Shown: positions 7,960-17,610 of the stretch, piece after piece
Layout of the letters: each line of letters begins with the position of its first letter
How positions within the stretch are numbered: the stretch's first letter is position 1
Virus record (IMG/VR): IMGVR_UViG_3300050821_010655
Span: 1-64,000 of that record
Length of the DNA: 64,000 nt
Source of the DNA: a virus
Reading direction: 5' to 3' (one strand)
Made by a program: the position numbers and the translations under genes
The notes under the pieces: model-generated
What the model was told of the DNA's origin: nothing
Databases searched by the model: none
What the model saw: only the letters and a program-made list of their open reading frames with translations

Positions 7960-9585
7960 TGGGGTTTGCGAACGATCAAAACTTCCTCGTACTTGATACG
8001 TCTCTCATCGTCCTCAGACATCTTGGATTCATAAAGTCTGCGAAAGAACGAGGTCCGACTTTTCTTGGTTACAATCTCACCCCCACCCAACTCTAGTTCT
8101 CGTGTCTCCTTCACCAGCATGGCGTGGATGCGTTCGAGTGGGATAAAGCCAAGGTGGGTCAGGAGTTTGAGGGAGTCATCAACGAGACGCACCCGCTTGC
8201 CCTTCTGACAGTAATCCTTCAGGACGATGGCCGCCACGCCACCGGGTTTAAGGGCGAGCATCATGCTGGAATAGACGGCACGCATGGCTTCCCAATAAGT
8301 TTCACCCTTTTGGTTTCCAATATTCTCCCGGTTGGAAATATTATATTGCTCTGATTGCAGCTTGCCACCACTTCTTGCGCGTGGAGATTTTCCGGTCTTG
8401 CGAAACTGCTCGCCCTGCGATCCATCGTACGCTGCAACCGCCGTGCCTTCGTATGGTGGCGAAGTGGTAACTACGTCAACCGCCCCGCCTTTGAGGGTGC
8501 CAATTTGACCTTGGGTTTTGCCATAGGTTTCACTTCCTCGAAAACATCCACGTCCCTGCTTGTGATTTTGATCCCGCCGGCGGGTCTTGCCGTCGTCGCT
8601 CATCAAATAATCGCTCTTGGAATTTGCAGCGTAGGGCGGGCTTGTGATCGCCCCATCCACCACGCCCTCCCTCAGCCGCGCTATCTGCCCCGCACTCTCG
8701 CCATACCTTTGATCGGTCTGTTGGCTCGCGCTGTCGGCGCTCCGACCGCCCTGCTGACCGGCTTTCTTGGGCGGCTTAGTATTGAGTCCACCCGCGCCGG
8801 TCGCGATGGTGGCGTAGGGTGGGGAGGTAATTGCCGCCGAAACATTGCCTGACTTCAGCTCGCCTATTTGTCCAGAGGTTTTGCCATACTTGGCGGTCAA
8901 CCCACGACGCCCAACAATGTCTTTGCCCTCCTTGCCCCAGTTGTCTTTGTTGACGCTGCCCAACGATGGACTACCGCCCGCGTCGGCGTATGGAGGCGAT
9001 GTGATGGCGCTGTCGATGGAACCGGATTTCAGTTTTCCTATCTGTCCACTGGTAGTTCCATAAATCTCTTTTCCTTTGCAAGACTTGTCCATCCGACCGC
9101 CGCTTCCGGCAAGTATCTGTTTAGATGGTTTAACATTGAGCGAGTCAACAAATGGTGGGCTAGTGCAAATCCCTGCCGCTTGCGCTACCAATTCGTAGAA
9201 ATGACGACTATCGCCCAAAATCATCTGAGGATGGGGGCAACCCAACCGCTCCAATTTGTATCGGTGCAGTTCAAAATTAGCCTTGGACAAATCGAAGAAG
9301 TTTTTTTCGAGTTCAACCCCTACCCAGCGTATCCCACGGTAAGATGCTACTATTCCTCCGAGGCCGACGCCGCCGAAAGGATCACAACATAGTTCACCAC
9401 GCTTCAACCACCCTTTTTCCAAAAGATGGTCAAAGATTCTTTCGATTAAACCGCGTGCAAATTTGGCAGGGTAGCTAATGTGCGAAGGCTCCAGGCACAA
9501 TAAGAGACTTCCAACTGTCGTTATAACAGTTCTCCCATGTTTCCTGAAGCACTTCGCGCTCCTTTTGGTTTTTGATTTTTGTCAT
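7956..9585 (-). CDS. amino (N4-C/N6-A) DNA methyltransferase with five TSPP(Y/F) cassettes; frame interrupted by 7 nt at 9471-9477
   Basis: Motif I DPFGGVG; five TSPP(Y/F); LKPGG; a 36-codon 5' ORF (9475-9585) ends ...AFAH-TAG and the main frame resumes PAK. Confidence 0.8.
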
Positions 9586-10175
9586 TTAGCTAAAGCTTCC
9601 AATTCTTCCTTAATGTCCTTGCCATTTATACCAAACCCTAGACTCACCCAGCCTTCGACCTTCTGCCTTGCGAATAACTCCACCCTCGGCAGGTCGCCCA
9701 TGAGTTGGACTATGCGGGTGCGCGTCTCAGGCGGCTTCTCGCTGTGCTTGCCGATGGGGGCGTAGATGATCTGCTGAACGGCGTTGCTCACACGCTTGGG
9801 CTTGCCCTTGACTGCCAGTAAACAAGGTTCTGAGTTCCCACGACACCATCGACCGAGGCCGTAGAAGGTGTCAATGGCATCTTCGGGTAGGAAACGGTAC
9901 TGATCCGTCTCTGCCCGCTTGTTCGCCTTCACCCAAAGGAAGGCGCAACTGACGAAACGAAATGACCAACTTTTAATCACCTCCAACGCCTCGGGCAGCA
10001 GGGGCCAGGTCGCCCACAAGAACAACACCGAATCAGCAGCCGCAATATCCGCCACCGGCAGCGCCTTTAACTGCGCCACGCTCATGGTCGGATACTGCTT
10101 GGCTGCCGCTCCGTTGCAACCTGCGTCACGATAAGCCCATGGCGCGTCTGAATAGATGATTTGAAACTTACTCAC
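9582..10175 (-). CDS. MT-A70 family adenine methyltransferase
   Basis: IYSDAPW, YPTM, LFLWAT, HSEKP, ELFARQ..GW. Confidence 0.9.
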   Translation of the reverse strand: MSKFQIIYSDAPWAYRDAGCNGAAAKQYPTMSVAQLKALPVADIAAADSVLFLWATWPLLPEALEVIKSWSFRFVSCAFLWVKANKRAETDQYRFLPEDAIDTFYGLGRWCRGNSEPCLLAVKGKPKRVSNAVQQIIYAPIGKHSEKPPETRTRIVQLMGDLPRVELFARQKVEGWVSLGFGINGKDIKEELEALAK

Positions 10176-10609
10176 GCCGTTGCCGGTTCGGACTCGGGCG
10201 CTGCCTCGGGCGATTCTTCGGCAGGGGTTGCCTTCTTGGGCTTGCTCGCCTTCTTGGATTTCTTAGGTGCCGCCTTCTTGGTAGGCTTTGCTTTGGGCTT
10301 CCGTTCCGCCCTAGGTTCGTCCACAGGCTCAGGTACACTGTTCTTCAACTCCCGCACTTGCTCTTGAGTGATTGGCGCGGCAGGACGGGTCTTGCTCTTG
10401 CCCAACTGCGCCTGCACGTCAATGGAGTGGTCAGGCATCTTGATCTTCTGGTCCTTCACGATGAGGCGGATATGGCGGTTGGACAAGCCCTCCAGTCCCA
10501 GACGGCGAATGACCGCCGTAACAGGAAATCCGAATATATCTCCTAGTTTGCCTTTGCGGGGCTTAACCTCGCCGTTTCTGCTTACTTTCTTTTTGGTTTT
10601 TGTGCTCAT
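10172..10609 (-). CDS. basic protein with K/A/P-rich histone-like tail, possibly DNA-binding
   Basis: KPKAKPTKKAAPKKSKKASKPKK. Confidence 0.55.
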   Translation of the reverse strand: MSTKTKKKVSRNGEVKPRKGKLGDIFGFPVTAVIRRLGLEGLSNRHIRLIVKDQKIKMPDHSIDVQAQLGKSKTRPAAPITQEQVRELKNSVPEPVDEPRAERKPKAKPTKKAAPKKSKKASKPKKATPAEESPEAAPESEPATA

Positions 10610-10648
10610 GCTTTTTGTGTTTTTTTTGTTTGTTGTTTAACTGAAGAT

Positions 10649-10927
10649 TTATTCGACCGCCACCACCCGAACGCTCTCGCCATGACCGGGGATGATCCTG
10701 ATATGGCAAACCCGGCTATCATCGTTCTCCCACTCCACGGCGTCCATTTGAATGTCGATCACGTCCGCCAGGGTCACGGCGGCGGGCAAAGGCGGATAGT
10801 GGTTCTCCACCATGCGGCACCACGAGTTGCGGGTCGCCCCTATCAGGATCTTGCGGCACTTGCGCTGGCCGCAACTCAGTTCGGCAATGGTCCAGCACTC
10901 ACGGAGGGTAGGTTGAGTGTTGCTCAT
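10649..10927 (-). CDS. hypothetical protein
   Basis: ATGA coupling. Confidence 0.5.
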   Translation of the reverse strand: MSNTQPTLRECWTIAELSCGQRKCRKILIGATRNSWCRMVENHYPPLPAAVTLADVIDIQMDAVEWENDDSRVCHIRIIPGHGESVRVVAVE

Positions 10928-11208
10928 CCTGCATAGCCTTTCCTGAGCATCCGATACCGCTCTTTGTGGCGCTGCCTATCCTTCTCCAGCTTCCAACATT
11001 TCTTGCACCGCTTCATCTCCGACCGCTTGCAACCCCGTTCCTCAAGCATGTGACCGCACTCTAGGGTTAGCTCGAAATGACCTTGCCCGAATGGCTGAGA
11101 TTTGCCCTGAAACAACATGCGGCTCACCACCCGCCGCCAAGGGTAACGGCGAGCGGCAATCAGCTTGGGGTTGAGATGGGGGGTCTTGCGATAGTCGTGG
11201 TCAGGCAT
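10924..11208 (-). CDS. zinc-binding hypothetical protein
   Basis: LECGH...RCKKC; GAGGA RBS before ATG 11208. Confidence 0.55.
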   Translation of the reverse strand: MPDHDYRKTPHLNPKLIAARRYPWRRVVSRMLFQGKSQPFGQGHFELTLECGHMLEERGCKRSEMKRCKKCWKLEKDRQRHKERYRMLRKGYAG

Positions 11209-11794
11209 ACTTATCCTCAAACTTTTGCCATCCATCTAAAATCTCCTCAAACGCCTCTTCATTGCGCCCCACCTCAATCATGTTGAACGTCCCGCTCTTG
11301 CTGTCGAACACTACAAAGTGACAGCACTCGGCCCCCGCACACATAAGTTGGTGCTGGACCTGCATATAGTAGAAGGGTTCGACCTCTCCATTTTCAGAGT
11401 GGGTCCAGGTATGTCCGTTCTTGCCGGAAAATGGGCTTTTCACCTCAAGCACAATTTTGCGGTCTTTGCTCCACCCATCAAGACTGGCCATGAATAGCCC
11501 ACGAGTAACACAAGCAGGCTTCATTGTTCTCCCATGCTTTTGCTCGTACGCCTTGCGGGCAATCGGCTCATTATCGTGTCCGTGCTGGGTGGCTTTGTTG
11601 CCAACTCGGAGCGGCGGGTTAGCCCCATACTTCTCAATCGCAAGTTGCCCCGGCGTCACCCACGGTGATAAGCCTAATACTGCTGGCGTTTCCGAGGCTG
11701 TGCGGTAGGACTTGCGGACCTTCAACCACTTGGCTGAGTTCTGTTCCAGCCGCAGCACCTTGAGCGGCAGGCGCAGGAGTTGGGGGACGGTCAT
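11201..11794 (-). CDS. YqaJ / lambda-exonuclease family nuclease
   Basis: W...R...TASE...LG.SPW, GH..E, ASLDG, EVK, Y..QVQHQL. Confidence 0.9.
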   Translation of the reverse strand: MTVPQLLRLPLKVLRLEQNSAKWLKVRKSYRTASETPAVLGLSPWVTPGQLAIEKYGANPPLRVGNKATQHGHDNEPIARKAYEQKHGRTMKPACVTRGLFMASLDGWSKDRKIVLEVKSPFSGKNGHTWTHSENGEVEPFYYMQVQHQLMCAGAECCHFVVFDSKSGTFNMIEVGRNEEAFEEILDGWQKFEDKYA

Positions 11795-12042
11795 GGGATT
11801 TTCCTTATATCCGGTCCCAGTAAATCATCGGGATATGTTTCCGGCATTGGCTCTTGTGGCGGGCGCGTGTCGTACACCGGATGGCCGTCAGGCAGGCAGT
11901 GGCAGCAGTGCAGTTCGTAACTACCCGGACCCACCAACAGTCCGTCAAACTCGTTGCAGAAATGCCAGCCTTGCGCAATCTCCTGCTCGGTCAAGTTAAG
12001 GTCGTCGCAGTCCATCAGGAGTTTCCAGCGAGTGTTAGTCAT
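11791..12042 (-). CDS. hypothetical protein
   Basis: GWHFC.EFDGLL.GP motif; coupled. Confidence 0.55.
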   Translation of the reverse strand: MTNTRWKLLMDCDDLNLTEQEIAQGWHFCNEFDGLLVGPGSYELHCCHCLPDGHPVYDTRPPQEPMPETYPDDLLGPDIRKIP

Positions 12043-12057
12043 GGGGCTTTTCCAATT

Positions 12058-13776
12058 TCATTGGAAAAATTCGTCGCTGGCCTTCATTGGCTGTCCTCGG
12101 GTAATCAACTCCAGAGTGCGCAACTTGGATAGCGCGTTATTAAACCCACCGCTGTTAGCGGAATAGCCAGTTGCTTGTGCCACTGATTCGACAGTCTGAC
12201 CATTGGGATAATTTTCAATTAAAAAGGAGAGTATTCCACGCTCACATTTGCCCAGTCGCCCAATCCAGTGTCGCGCAAGTTCCTGTCCAGTCGGCAACGG
12301 CTCCCATTCTCCTAACGCTGATTGACCTTGTTGTGTTATTGTCACGGGTTGTCCGCGTGAAATATACTCAACTGATCTGAGCTTGCTCAGCGAGTTGTTG
12401 AATCCCCCTGAGTTCACGCTGTAACCTGAAAGGATGGCAATTTGATTTGTGTTCCGGCCTTGCGGGTATTGCGCTAATGCCGTCAGGATCGAGCGTTCGC
12501 ATTTCCCTAAATGGACCTCGCCATTAGATTGCGCGTGCGTCGCTGGCTTGTTAATCCGGATTAGAACTTTTGATTGGACCAAGGGTTGTGACTTAACTGT
12601 GTGAGTTTGTGGCGTTTTTAACCCTCGCAAAATTCCAATCACTAAATCCGTGTCCTTCTCCAAGTCATCCAGTCGGCGCTCGAAAAAGCCTCGCTGTTCT
12701 TGTAATTCAGAACATGCGGTTTCCAGTCTGCCAGTAAGCCGATTAATTGTGTCCTCGTTGCCTTTGCTTAGGATGGGAATTTCCCTAATTTCTGATGGCA
12801 AGAAGGATTTTTCAACAGTTGTTGGTTTTGAAAGCTGTCGCCTTAACTCCAAGATGGTTTTCTTCAGTTCACGCGGATCATTAGCCTTCTGTTCCTCAAT
12901 CACCACTGCTAATTTGGATTTTACCGCCTCCAAATCCACGCTGGCCCAACCTTCACTGGCAACCTTCTTCTGTAACTGAGGAGGTGCAAAAGAATCGAAT
13001 GTCATAAACATCGGAAAACTTAATCGCTTGGGTCCAAATCCAATCTCTGGCGACCAGACAAATGCTTCACCGCGAGCCATTCCTGCCAATGAATTCAATA
13101 CCTCTTTTCCTTGATCCATATCACCACAACCCTCGATCCAGTCCTGCACGGCGTCACGGTCGCTCTTGTGAATCACGCGCATGGCTACCAAGGTTTCACA
13201 GGAAGTCAGGGTGTCATTATGAACTTTCTGGGGACGCTGACTGGCAATAAGGCAGACAATACCCAAGCCGCGCCCTTCTGCCATTAATCTATTTGACCAG
13301 TGAAGGCACTTGCCTGATTCAGGGTCCATTATTTTACCCTTGGGTGCGAAATTATGAAACTCGTCACCTATCAGGTAAAGTTCACCACTGTTTGCATTAA
13401 AAATACCTGCCGCAAAGTCGATCCAAAACCGTACCATGTACGAAGTCATCCAACCTCGAAATCCGATAATGCAAGGACGATTTCCGCTGGTGATTAATTC
13501 CGAGACGTGCTTGCCTGAAGTCTCGTTGATAGGAACGTCTGATGCCTTAGCCTCTTTGAAGTCCCCAAATGCAATAATCGGAAAACCAGCACCCTTGCCA
13601 TTAGCAGATGATTTAAGACCCCACCAGTCGCCTTTCGGGTCAATAATACAGACTCTTTTCCCGTGCGCCAAAAGATGCTCAACGATATGACGTAGAGCAG
13701 ATGACTTCCCCGCTCCGGTTTTACCCAAAACAACCAAATGTTGGTCGAGTATCTTAGATGGAAATATCAAACTCAT
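12058..13776 (-). CDS. HerA/FtsK-like (DUF87-type) ATPase with duplicated C-terminal winged-helix units
   Basis: HLVVLGKTGAGKS, IIDPKGDW, DEFHNFAP, GRGLG, SQRPQKV; two LGKCER...SGGFNN.LSKLR repeats. Confidence 0.85.
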   Translation of the reverse strand: MSLIFPSKILDQHLVVLGKTGAGKSSALRHIVEHLLAHGKRVCIIDPKGDWWGLKSSANGKGAGFPIIAFGDFKEAKASDVPINETSGKHVSELITSGNRPCIIGFRGWMTSYMVRFWIDFAAGIFNANSGELYLIGDEFHNFAPKGKIMDPESGKCLHWSNRLMAEGRGLGIVCLIASQRPQKVHNDTLTSCETLVAMRVIHKSDRDAVQDWIEGCGDMDQGKEVLNSLAGMARGEAFVWSPEIGFGPKRLSFPMFMTFDSFAPPQLQKKVASEGWASVDLEAVKSKLAVVIEEQKANDPRELKKTILELRRQLSKPTTVEKSFLPSEIREIPILSKGNEDTINRLTGRLETACSELQEQRGFFERRLDDLEKDTDLVIGILRGLKTPQTHTVKSQPLVQSKVLIRINKPATHAQSNGEVHLGKCERSILTALAQYPQGRNTNQIAILSGYSVNSGGFNNSLSKLRSVEYISRGQPVTITQQGQSALGEWEPLPTGQELARHWIGRLGKCERGILSFLIENYPNGQTVESVAQATGYSANSGGFNNALSKLRTLELITRGQPMKASDEFFQ

Positions 13777-14156
13777 TCATCCTCCTTGCGCCCGCCATTC
13801 ACCCGCCGCTTCTCGCGCACCCGGCGCTGAATCTCACGCCTCGCCCACGCGACGAGTGCCATTTCGGAAGGTTGGAACAGAGCGTGGTGTTTGCCAAGCC
13901 TGTCTTTCAACTCCTGCTTGGCCCAGTAGAGATACGAGCGAACGATGTGCTTGCACGTTGATTCTCTCAGTGATCGCCCGCCCCTGCGCCGATTTGGATT
14001 CTTGACCTTCTCGTAATCGGCACAAACGCAGCCAGCCATTCCACCATGCGCCTCCAGATCCACCAAATAGGGCGGCAAGCCCAAGGTATCGCTCGGGCAG
14101 TGAAACCGATAAGGTTCGCCCGCGATGGGCTTGGGGAGTTTGGAGCGGCGCGGCAT
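13773..14156 (-). CDS. SWIM zinc-finger protein
   Basis: CVCADY...CKHI. Confidence 0.65.
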   Translation of the reverse strand: MPRRSKLPKPIAGEPYRFHCPSDTLGLPPYLVDLEAHGGMAGCVCADYEKVKNPNRRRGGRSLRESTCKHIVRSYLYWAKQELKDRLGKHHALFQPSEMALVAWARREIQRRVREKRRVNGGRKEDE

Positions 14157-14159
14157 GGC

Positions 14160-14474
14160 TTAGTCGGACACTTCACGAACGTGAATCCAGTGATAATCAG
14201 ACGGAGGTGGGTTCAGTGGTTTTCTACATGGACCACCGATTACTTCACCATTTTTTAATGATTCCATGATCCACCATTCTCTTGGTTTAGGCTTGATGCG
14301 ATATTCATAATTGCTTTGAGAAAAATCAACTATCCAATCTTTCTGAATATCTGTCCACTTGGTGTGGTTGAAATTTTTAGATTGAATTTCCTCACCATTC
14401 GCAAATGCCTGAATTACCGGCAGCAACTCCTTGGCTCGCTCACATGTCATAAGATTAGTAGGGATCGCGTTCAT
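14160..14474 (-). CDS. conserved phage hypothetical protein
   Basis: LLPVIQAFANGEEIQ...EYRIKP motif. Confidence 0.65.
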   Translation of the reverse strand: MNAIPTNLMTCERAKELLPVIQAFANGEEIQSKNFNHTKWTDIQKDWIVDFSQSNYEYRIKPKPREWWIMESLKNGEVIGGPCRKPLNPPPSDYHWIHVREVSD

Positions 14475-14937
14475 CCGCCCGCCGCTTTCTGCGTGAAGAT
14501 AGGCGTTCCCTCCTACTTAGCCGCTCATCCTCACGCGGGCGACGGCGAGGCTCATCGCGATCACGCTGGCGGGGGCGATCCTCAGACTCGCCGTTGTCCT
14601 TGCCCTTGCCACCAATGAATTGAAATTGTTCCACCACTACTTTGAAGGCGCGGCGTTCTTCGCCTGATTTCTTGTCCTCCCATTTGTCCTCCTGTAACCG
14701 CCCCTCAAAATAACCGGGATCTCCCTTCTTTTGATACTCAGCCAGAGTTTCCGCCGCTTTATCCCAAACTACCAATGGAATAAAAATGGCCTCTTCCTTG
14801 GTGTCGCCATTGCCATCTTTCCACTTGCGATTGACCGCCAGCGAGTTGTTTCCAACTGCCGTGCCCTTACCTGTAAACCTAATCTCCCAATTCCTTGCGA
14901 GATTGCCCAAAAGAATCACTCTGCATACGCCAGTCAT
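14455..14937 (-). CDS. ssb: single-stranded DNA-binding protein
   Basis: VILLGNL, LAVNRKW, VVWDKAAE, KKGD...EGRLQ...WEDK. Confidence 0.9.
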   Translation of the reverse strand: MTGVCRVILLGNLARNWEIRFTGKGTAVGNNSLAVNRKWKDGNGDTKEEAIFIPLVVWDKAAETLAEYQKKGDPGYFEGRLQEDKWEDKKSGEERRAFKVVVEQFQFIGGKGKDNGESEDRPRQRDRDEPRRRPREDERLSRRERLSSRRKRRADERDPY

Positions 14938-14961
14938 AATTAATTCCCTTTCGTTCTGTGG

Positions 14962-15396
14962 TTAATCCTCCGACGCCCCGGCATGCACTCGCGGCGGCTC
15001 CTCGACTTCCGGCTCGGGTTCGATTCCCGGCAGTTCCTTCTGGTCGGGGTCCGGGCAATCACTCTCGGCCTTCATCTTCTTGCGCTTGGCCCCATACCCG
15101 CCGCTTACTTTGACCGTGGGCGGCGTGACGCTACGATCCGACTGCCACGCCCAAGCCACCGCCAGTTTATCTTCATTGGCGCTCGCCACCTTGTTGATGG
15201 CGTCCCAATTCTCAACCACCAGCCCAGTTTGGAGTCTCAGGATAACCGCCATCTCCATCTGCCTCCACTCACTCTCTTCGTCAGGCAGGAGCGCCCGCAC
15301 GACCGAGAGCCAGAATTGAATAGACTCGGGGTTTATGCCGTTGGATTCGGGTTGTGATTTTGCCGGTTTGGATTTCTTGTTTTTCTTTGTGCTCAT
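14962..15396 (-). CDS. hypothetical protein with acidic C-terminus and QKELP (clamp-binding-like) motif
   Basis: Start re-placed at MSTKK (15396). Confidence 0.55.
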   Translation of the reverse strand: MSTKKNKKSKPAKSQPESNGINPESIQFWLSVVRALLPDEESEWRQMEMAVILRLQTGLVVENWDAINKVASANEDKLAVAWAWQSDRSVTPPTVKVSGGYGAKRKKMKAESDCPDPDQKELPGIEPEPEVEEPPRVHAGASED

Positions 15397-15410
15397 AGTT
15401 TGTGGATTTA

Positions 15411-15533
15411 CTACATCGGAATTGTACAAGTGACTTTGTATTTTGTTTTACCGGGTAATTTATATGTGATGGATTTCGCGAAAGCTTTAGATGTTTTTTG
15501 CTTTCGTTTTGTGGTCTTTTTCTTTGTGCTCAT
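15411..15533 (-). CDS. 40-aa very basic peptide (not in ORF track)
   Basis: MSTKKKTTKRKQKTSKAFAKSITYKLPGKTKYKVTCTIPM; GAAAGG RBS; directly behind a promoter. Confidence 0.5.
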   Translation of the reverse strand: MSTKKKTTKRKQKTSKAFAKSITYKLPGKTKYKVTCTIPM

Positions 15534-15558
15534 GTGTGCCTTTCTTTTATGTGGTTTC

Positions 15559-15588
15559 ACTATGCCCCATCGCGGGACCACCTGTCAA
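15559..15588 (-). promoter_or_regulatory. promoter TTGACA-N18-CATAGT
   Basis: Minus strand ATGTATTGACA...CATAGT in an intergenic gap. Confidence 0.55.
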
Positions 15589-15603
15589 TACATGAATTAC
15601 AAT

Positions 15604-17400
15604 TTAATCATCCGGGTATGCCCGCGCCCTGGTCGCCTTGCGCTGGCGCACCTGCGGCGGGGGTGCTGGAATGTCGGCGGGGTCGATCTTGGGTCGCTCG
15701 GTGATCATCATGCGCGAGCCGTCAAAGTTGAAATCGGTTTCCAACCCGCTCTTACCTTTGGTCATTTTCAAAATCCTGCTGTGGATAATCTGCCAGTTCT
15801 TCTCGTCCCGCCAAAAACCCAGCATGAATCCCGAACTGGATTCAATCTCGCCCGCCTCTTTGGCTGAATGAAGTCCAATCGCTTTCTCACCTTCCTTGGG
15901 TCGGGCTACCTGGCTAGTCACAATCACGATCACGTTGCGCTCTTTAGCCAACACCTTTATGTCCTCTGCAATTTGGGCGATCCGCTCGCGCCTGCCATCA
16001 CCCTTGCCTTTGACCAACTGCACGTAATCTATGCCTACCACTTTGGGTCGTTCGCCAATCTTCAACTCGCTGCGGCAAATATAATCGTCAATCTGTTCGA
16101 TGGTCAGCCTCGATTTGGTGCAAACATAAAGATTGTTGAACTCCTCACGCAATGCCGCCTCTCCAATGTGCCTGCCTTCGACATACTGGCGCTCCACATC
16201 GATGCACATCATTTGTCGGCGCATGGCCACAAACCGCTCAAACATTAAATCGTCGGGAAGTTCCAACTCAAACAAAACGGTAGGCATGGGAATAGCCGAA
16301 ACGAAGATGGCCTGCGTTAGCGCGGTCTTGCAACTGCCGGTATCTCCAACCAACGTCATCACCTCTCCCGGCACCAACGGACGCACCTGCCCCCTCCATG
16401 ACGGGATCATTTTAGACAGGTCCAGCGAGTAGTCAGCCAGCATGGTGGCATGGCGGGCGTAGTTCCTCTCCAACTCCCAAACCCCATAAATAGGCAGCTC
16501 CTTGCCTTTTATAAGGGGTGGTGCGGCCCCCACAATGGCTTCCAGCGAGTTTTTAGCCTCTTGGGGGGTCTTGAACGTGGCTATGTAATCAGACACGTCC
16601 TTAACCGATTTGGGGAGGTGCAGGATTTTGACCACCTTTGCCTTGTCTGCCACCGAATCAAAGACTTGCCGGACGTGCTTCTGCCCCGGCTCGTCGTTGT
16701 CGCCGCAGATTATGATTTCCTTGCCTTCCAAGTGCTCGGAATAGCTGTCCAGCCACTTGCCTGCTCCACCTACATTGGTGGTCGCCACAAACCCCAAACC
16801 AACCAAACTGTCACAATCGCGCTCGCCTTCGGCTACAATGACCGTTGGGCTTTGATTCACTTCAGGGAGGTGGTACAAAACCCTCTCCACATTTTGCATG
16901 CTCCAGACCCACCTGTCGTCCTCGCGGTGGCGCTGACGGAAGTCTTTGGGTTTGTATCGCACCACCTGATAAACCTCCAACCCAAACACATCCTGATACG
17001 AATAAATCTTTTCAATGTTGGAATCTTCTTCCTCTGGCGGTTTGATCTTGGTGCGGGGCGTGAACAACGATTTGATTTCAGGCTTAACCTTGGGCTTTAA
17101 CTTCTCGACCGCCCGCCTGAAGAACCCTCGCGGCTCGCCATTGCCAATCTCGTGCTTCACGCAAAAATCATGGGGCGAGATATTATCCAACTTGCACAAC
17201 AGGTCGATCACACTGCCGCCACCGCAACCGGCGTAGCAGGTCCAAAGTTGTTTACTGATAGTAACGCAGAAAGAAGGCTTTCTATCGGCGTGCATCGGAC
17301 AGCGAGCCATTCGCTCATTGCCGCTGCCAATCAATTTAATCCCCCGCTCGGCGCAGACCTGCTCGATGGGGTGGCGGGAGATGAAGTCCTCTCGCATCAC
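15604..17400 (-). CDS. primase-helicase (CHC2 zinc finger + TOPRIM + DnaB-like helicase)
   Basis: CPMHADRKPSF...CYAGC; AEGERD, DNDEPG, DVSDY; GDTGSCKT, FELE, IDYVQL, SQ. Confidence 0.9.
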   Translation of the reverse strand: MMREDFISRHPIEQVCAERGIKLIGSGNERMARCPMHADRKPSFCVTISKQLWTCYAGCGGGSVIDLLCKLDNISPHDFCVKHEIGNGEPRGFFRRAVEKLKPKVKPEIKSLFTPRTKIKPPEEEDSNIEKIYSYQDVFGLEVYQVVRYKPKDFRQRHREDDRWVWSMQNVERVLYHLPEVNQSPTVIVAEGERDCDSLVGLGFVATTNVGGAGKWLDSYSEHLEGKEIIICGDNDEPGQKHVRQVFDSVADKAKVVKILHLPKSVKDVSDYIATFKTPQEAKNSLEAIVGAAPPLIKGKELPIYGVWELERNYARHATMLADYSLDLSKMIPSWRGQVRPLVPGEVMTLVGDTGSCKTALTQAIFVSAIPMPTVLFELELPDDLMFERFVAMRRQMMCIDVERQYVEGRHIGEAALREEFNNLYVCTKSRLTIEQIDDYICRSELKIGERPKVVGIDYVQLVKGKGDGRRERIAQIAEDIKVLAKERNVIVIVTSQVARPKEGEKAIGLHSAKEAGEIESSSGFMLGFWRDEKNWQIIHSRILKMTKGKSGLETDFNFDGSRMMITERPKIDPADIPAPPPQVRQRKATRARAYPDD

Positions 17401-17609
17401 ACCCTGTATTTCTCCCACTCTTTCTTGGGCAGCTTTTGCCATTGCTCAACCATTTTCCAGAATCCAGTTGGGATTGTCTTGATCGGATCGAGCGTGCGCT
17501 TGTGGACTGGTATGGGACCGCAGAAGTAATGCCACTCAAAAGTGAATCCTTGGAATCGGTAGATGTCGGTAAGGGTTACAATGCCGCCGCCAAAATGAAC
17601 GCAGGACAT
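17397..17609 (-). CDS. hypothetical protein
   Basis: Coupled; FEWHYFCGP motif. Confidence 0.55.
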   Translation of the reverse strand: MSCVHFGGGIVTLTDIYRFQGFTFEWHYFCGPIPVHKRTLDPIKTIPTGFWKMVEQWQKLPKKEWEKYRV

Positions 17610-17610
17610 A

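Noticed and set aside
8330-9170. CRISPR-like repeat/spacer array
   Set aside because: The repeats are conserved at the protein level only, with divergent codons and ~170-nt periods.
9471-9477. Genome-wide TAG reassignment
   Set aside because: TAG ends several well-defined genes (e.g. 44369, 46982, 49184), and readthrough alone would not restore the frame.
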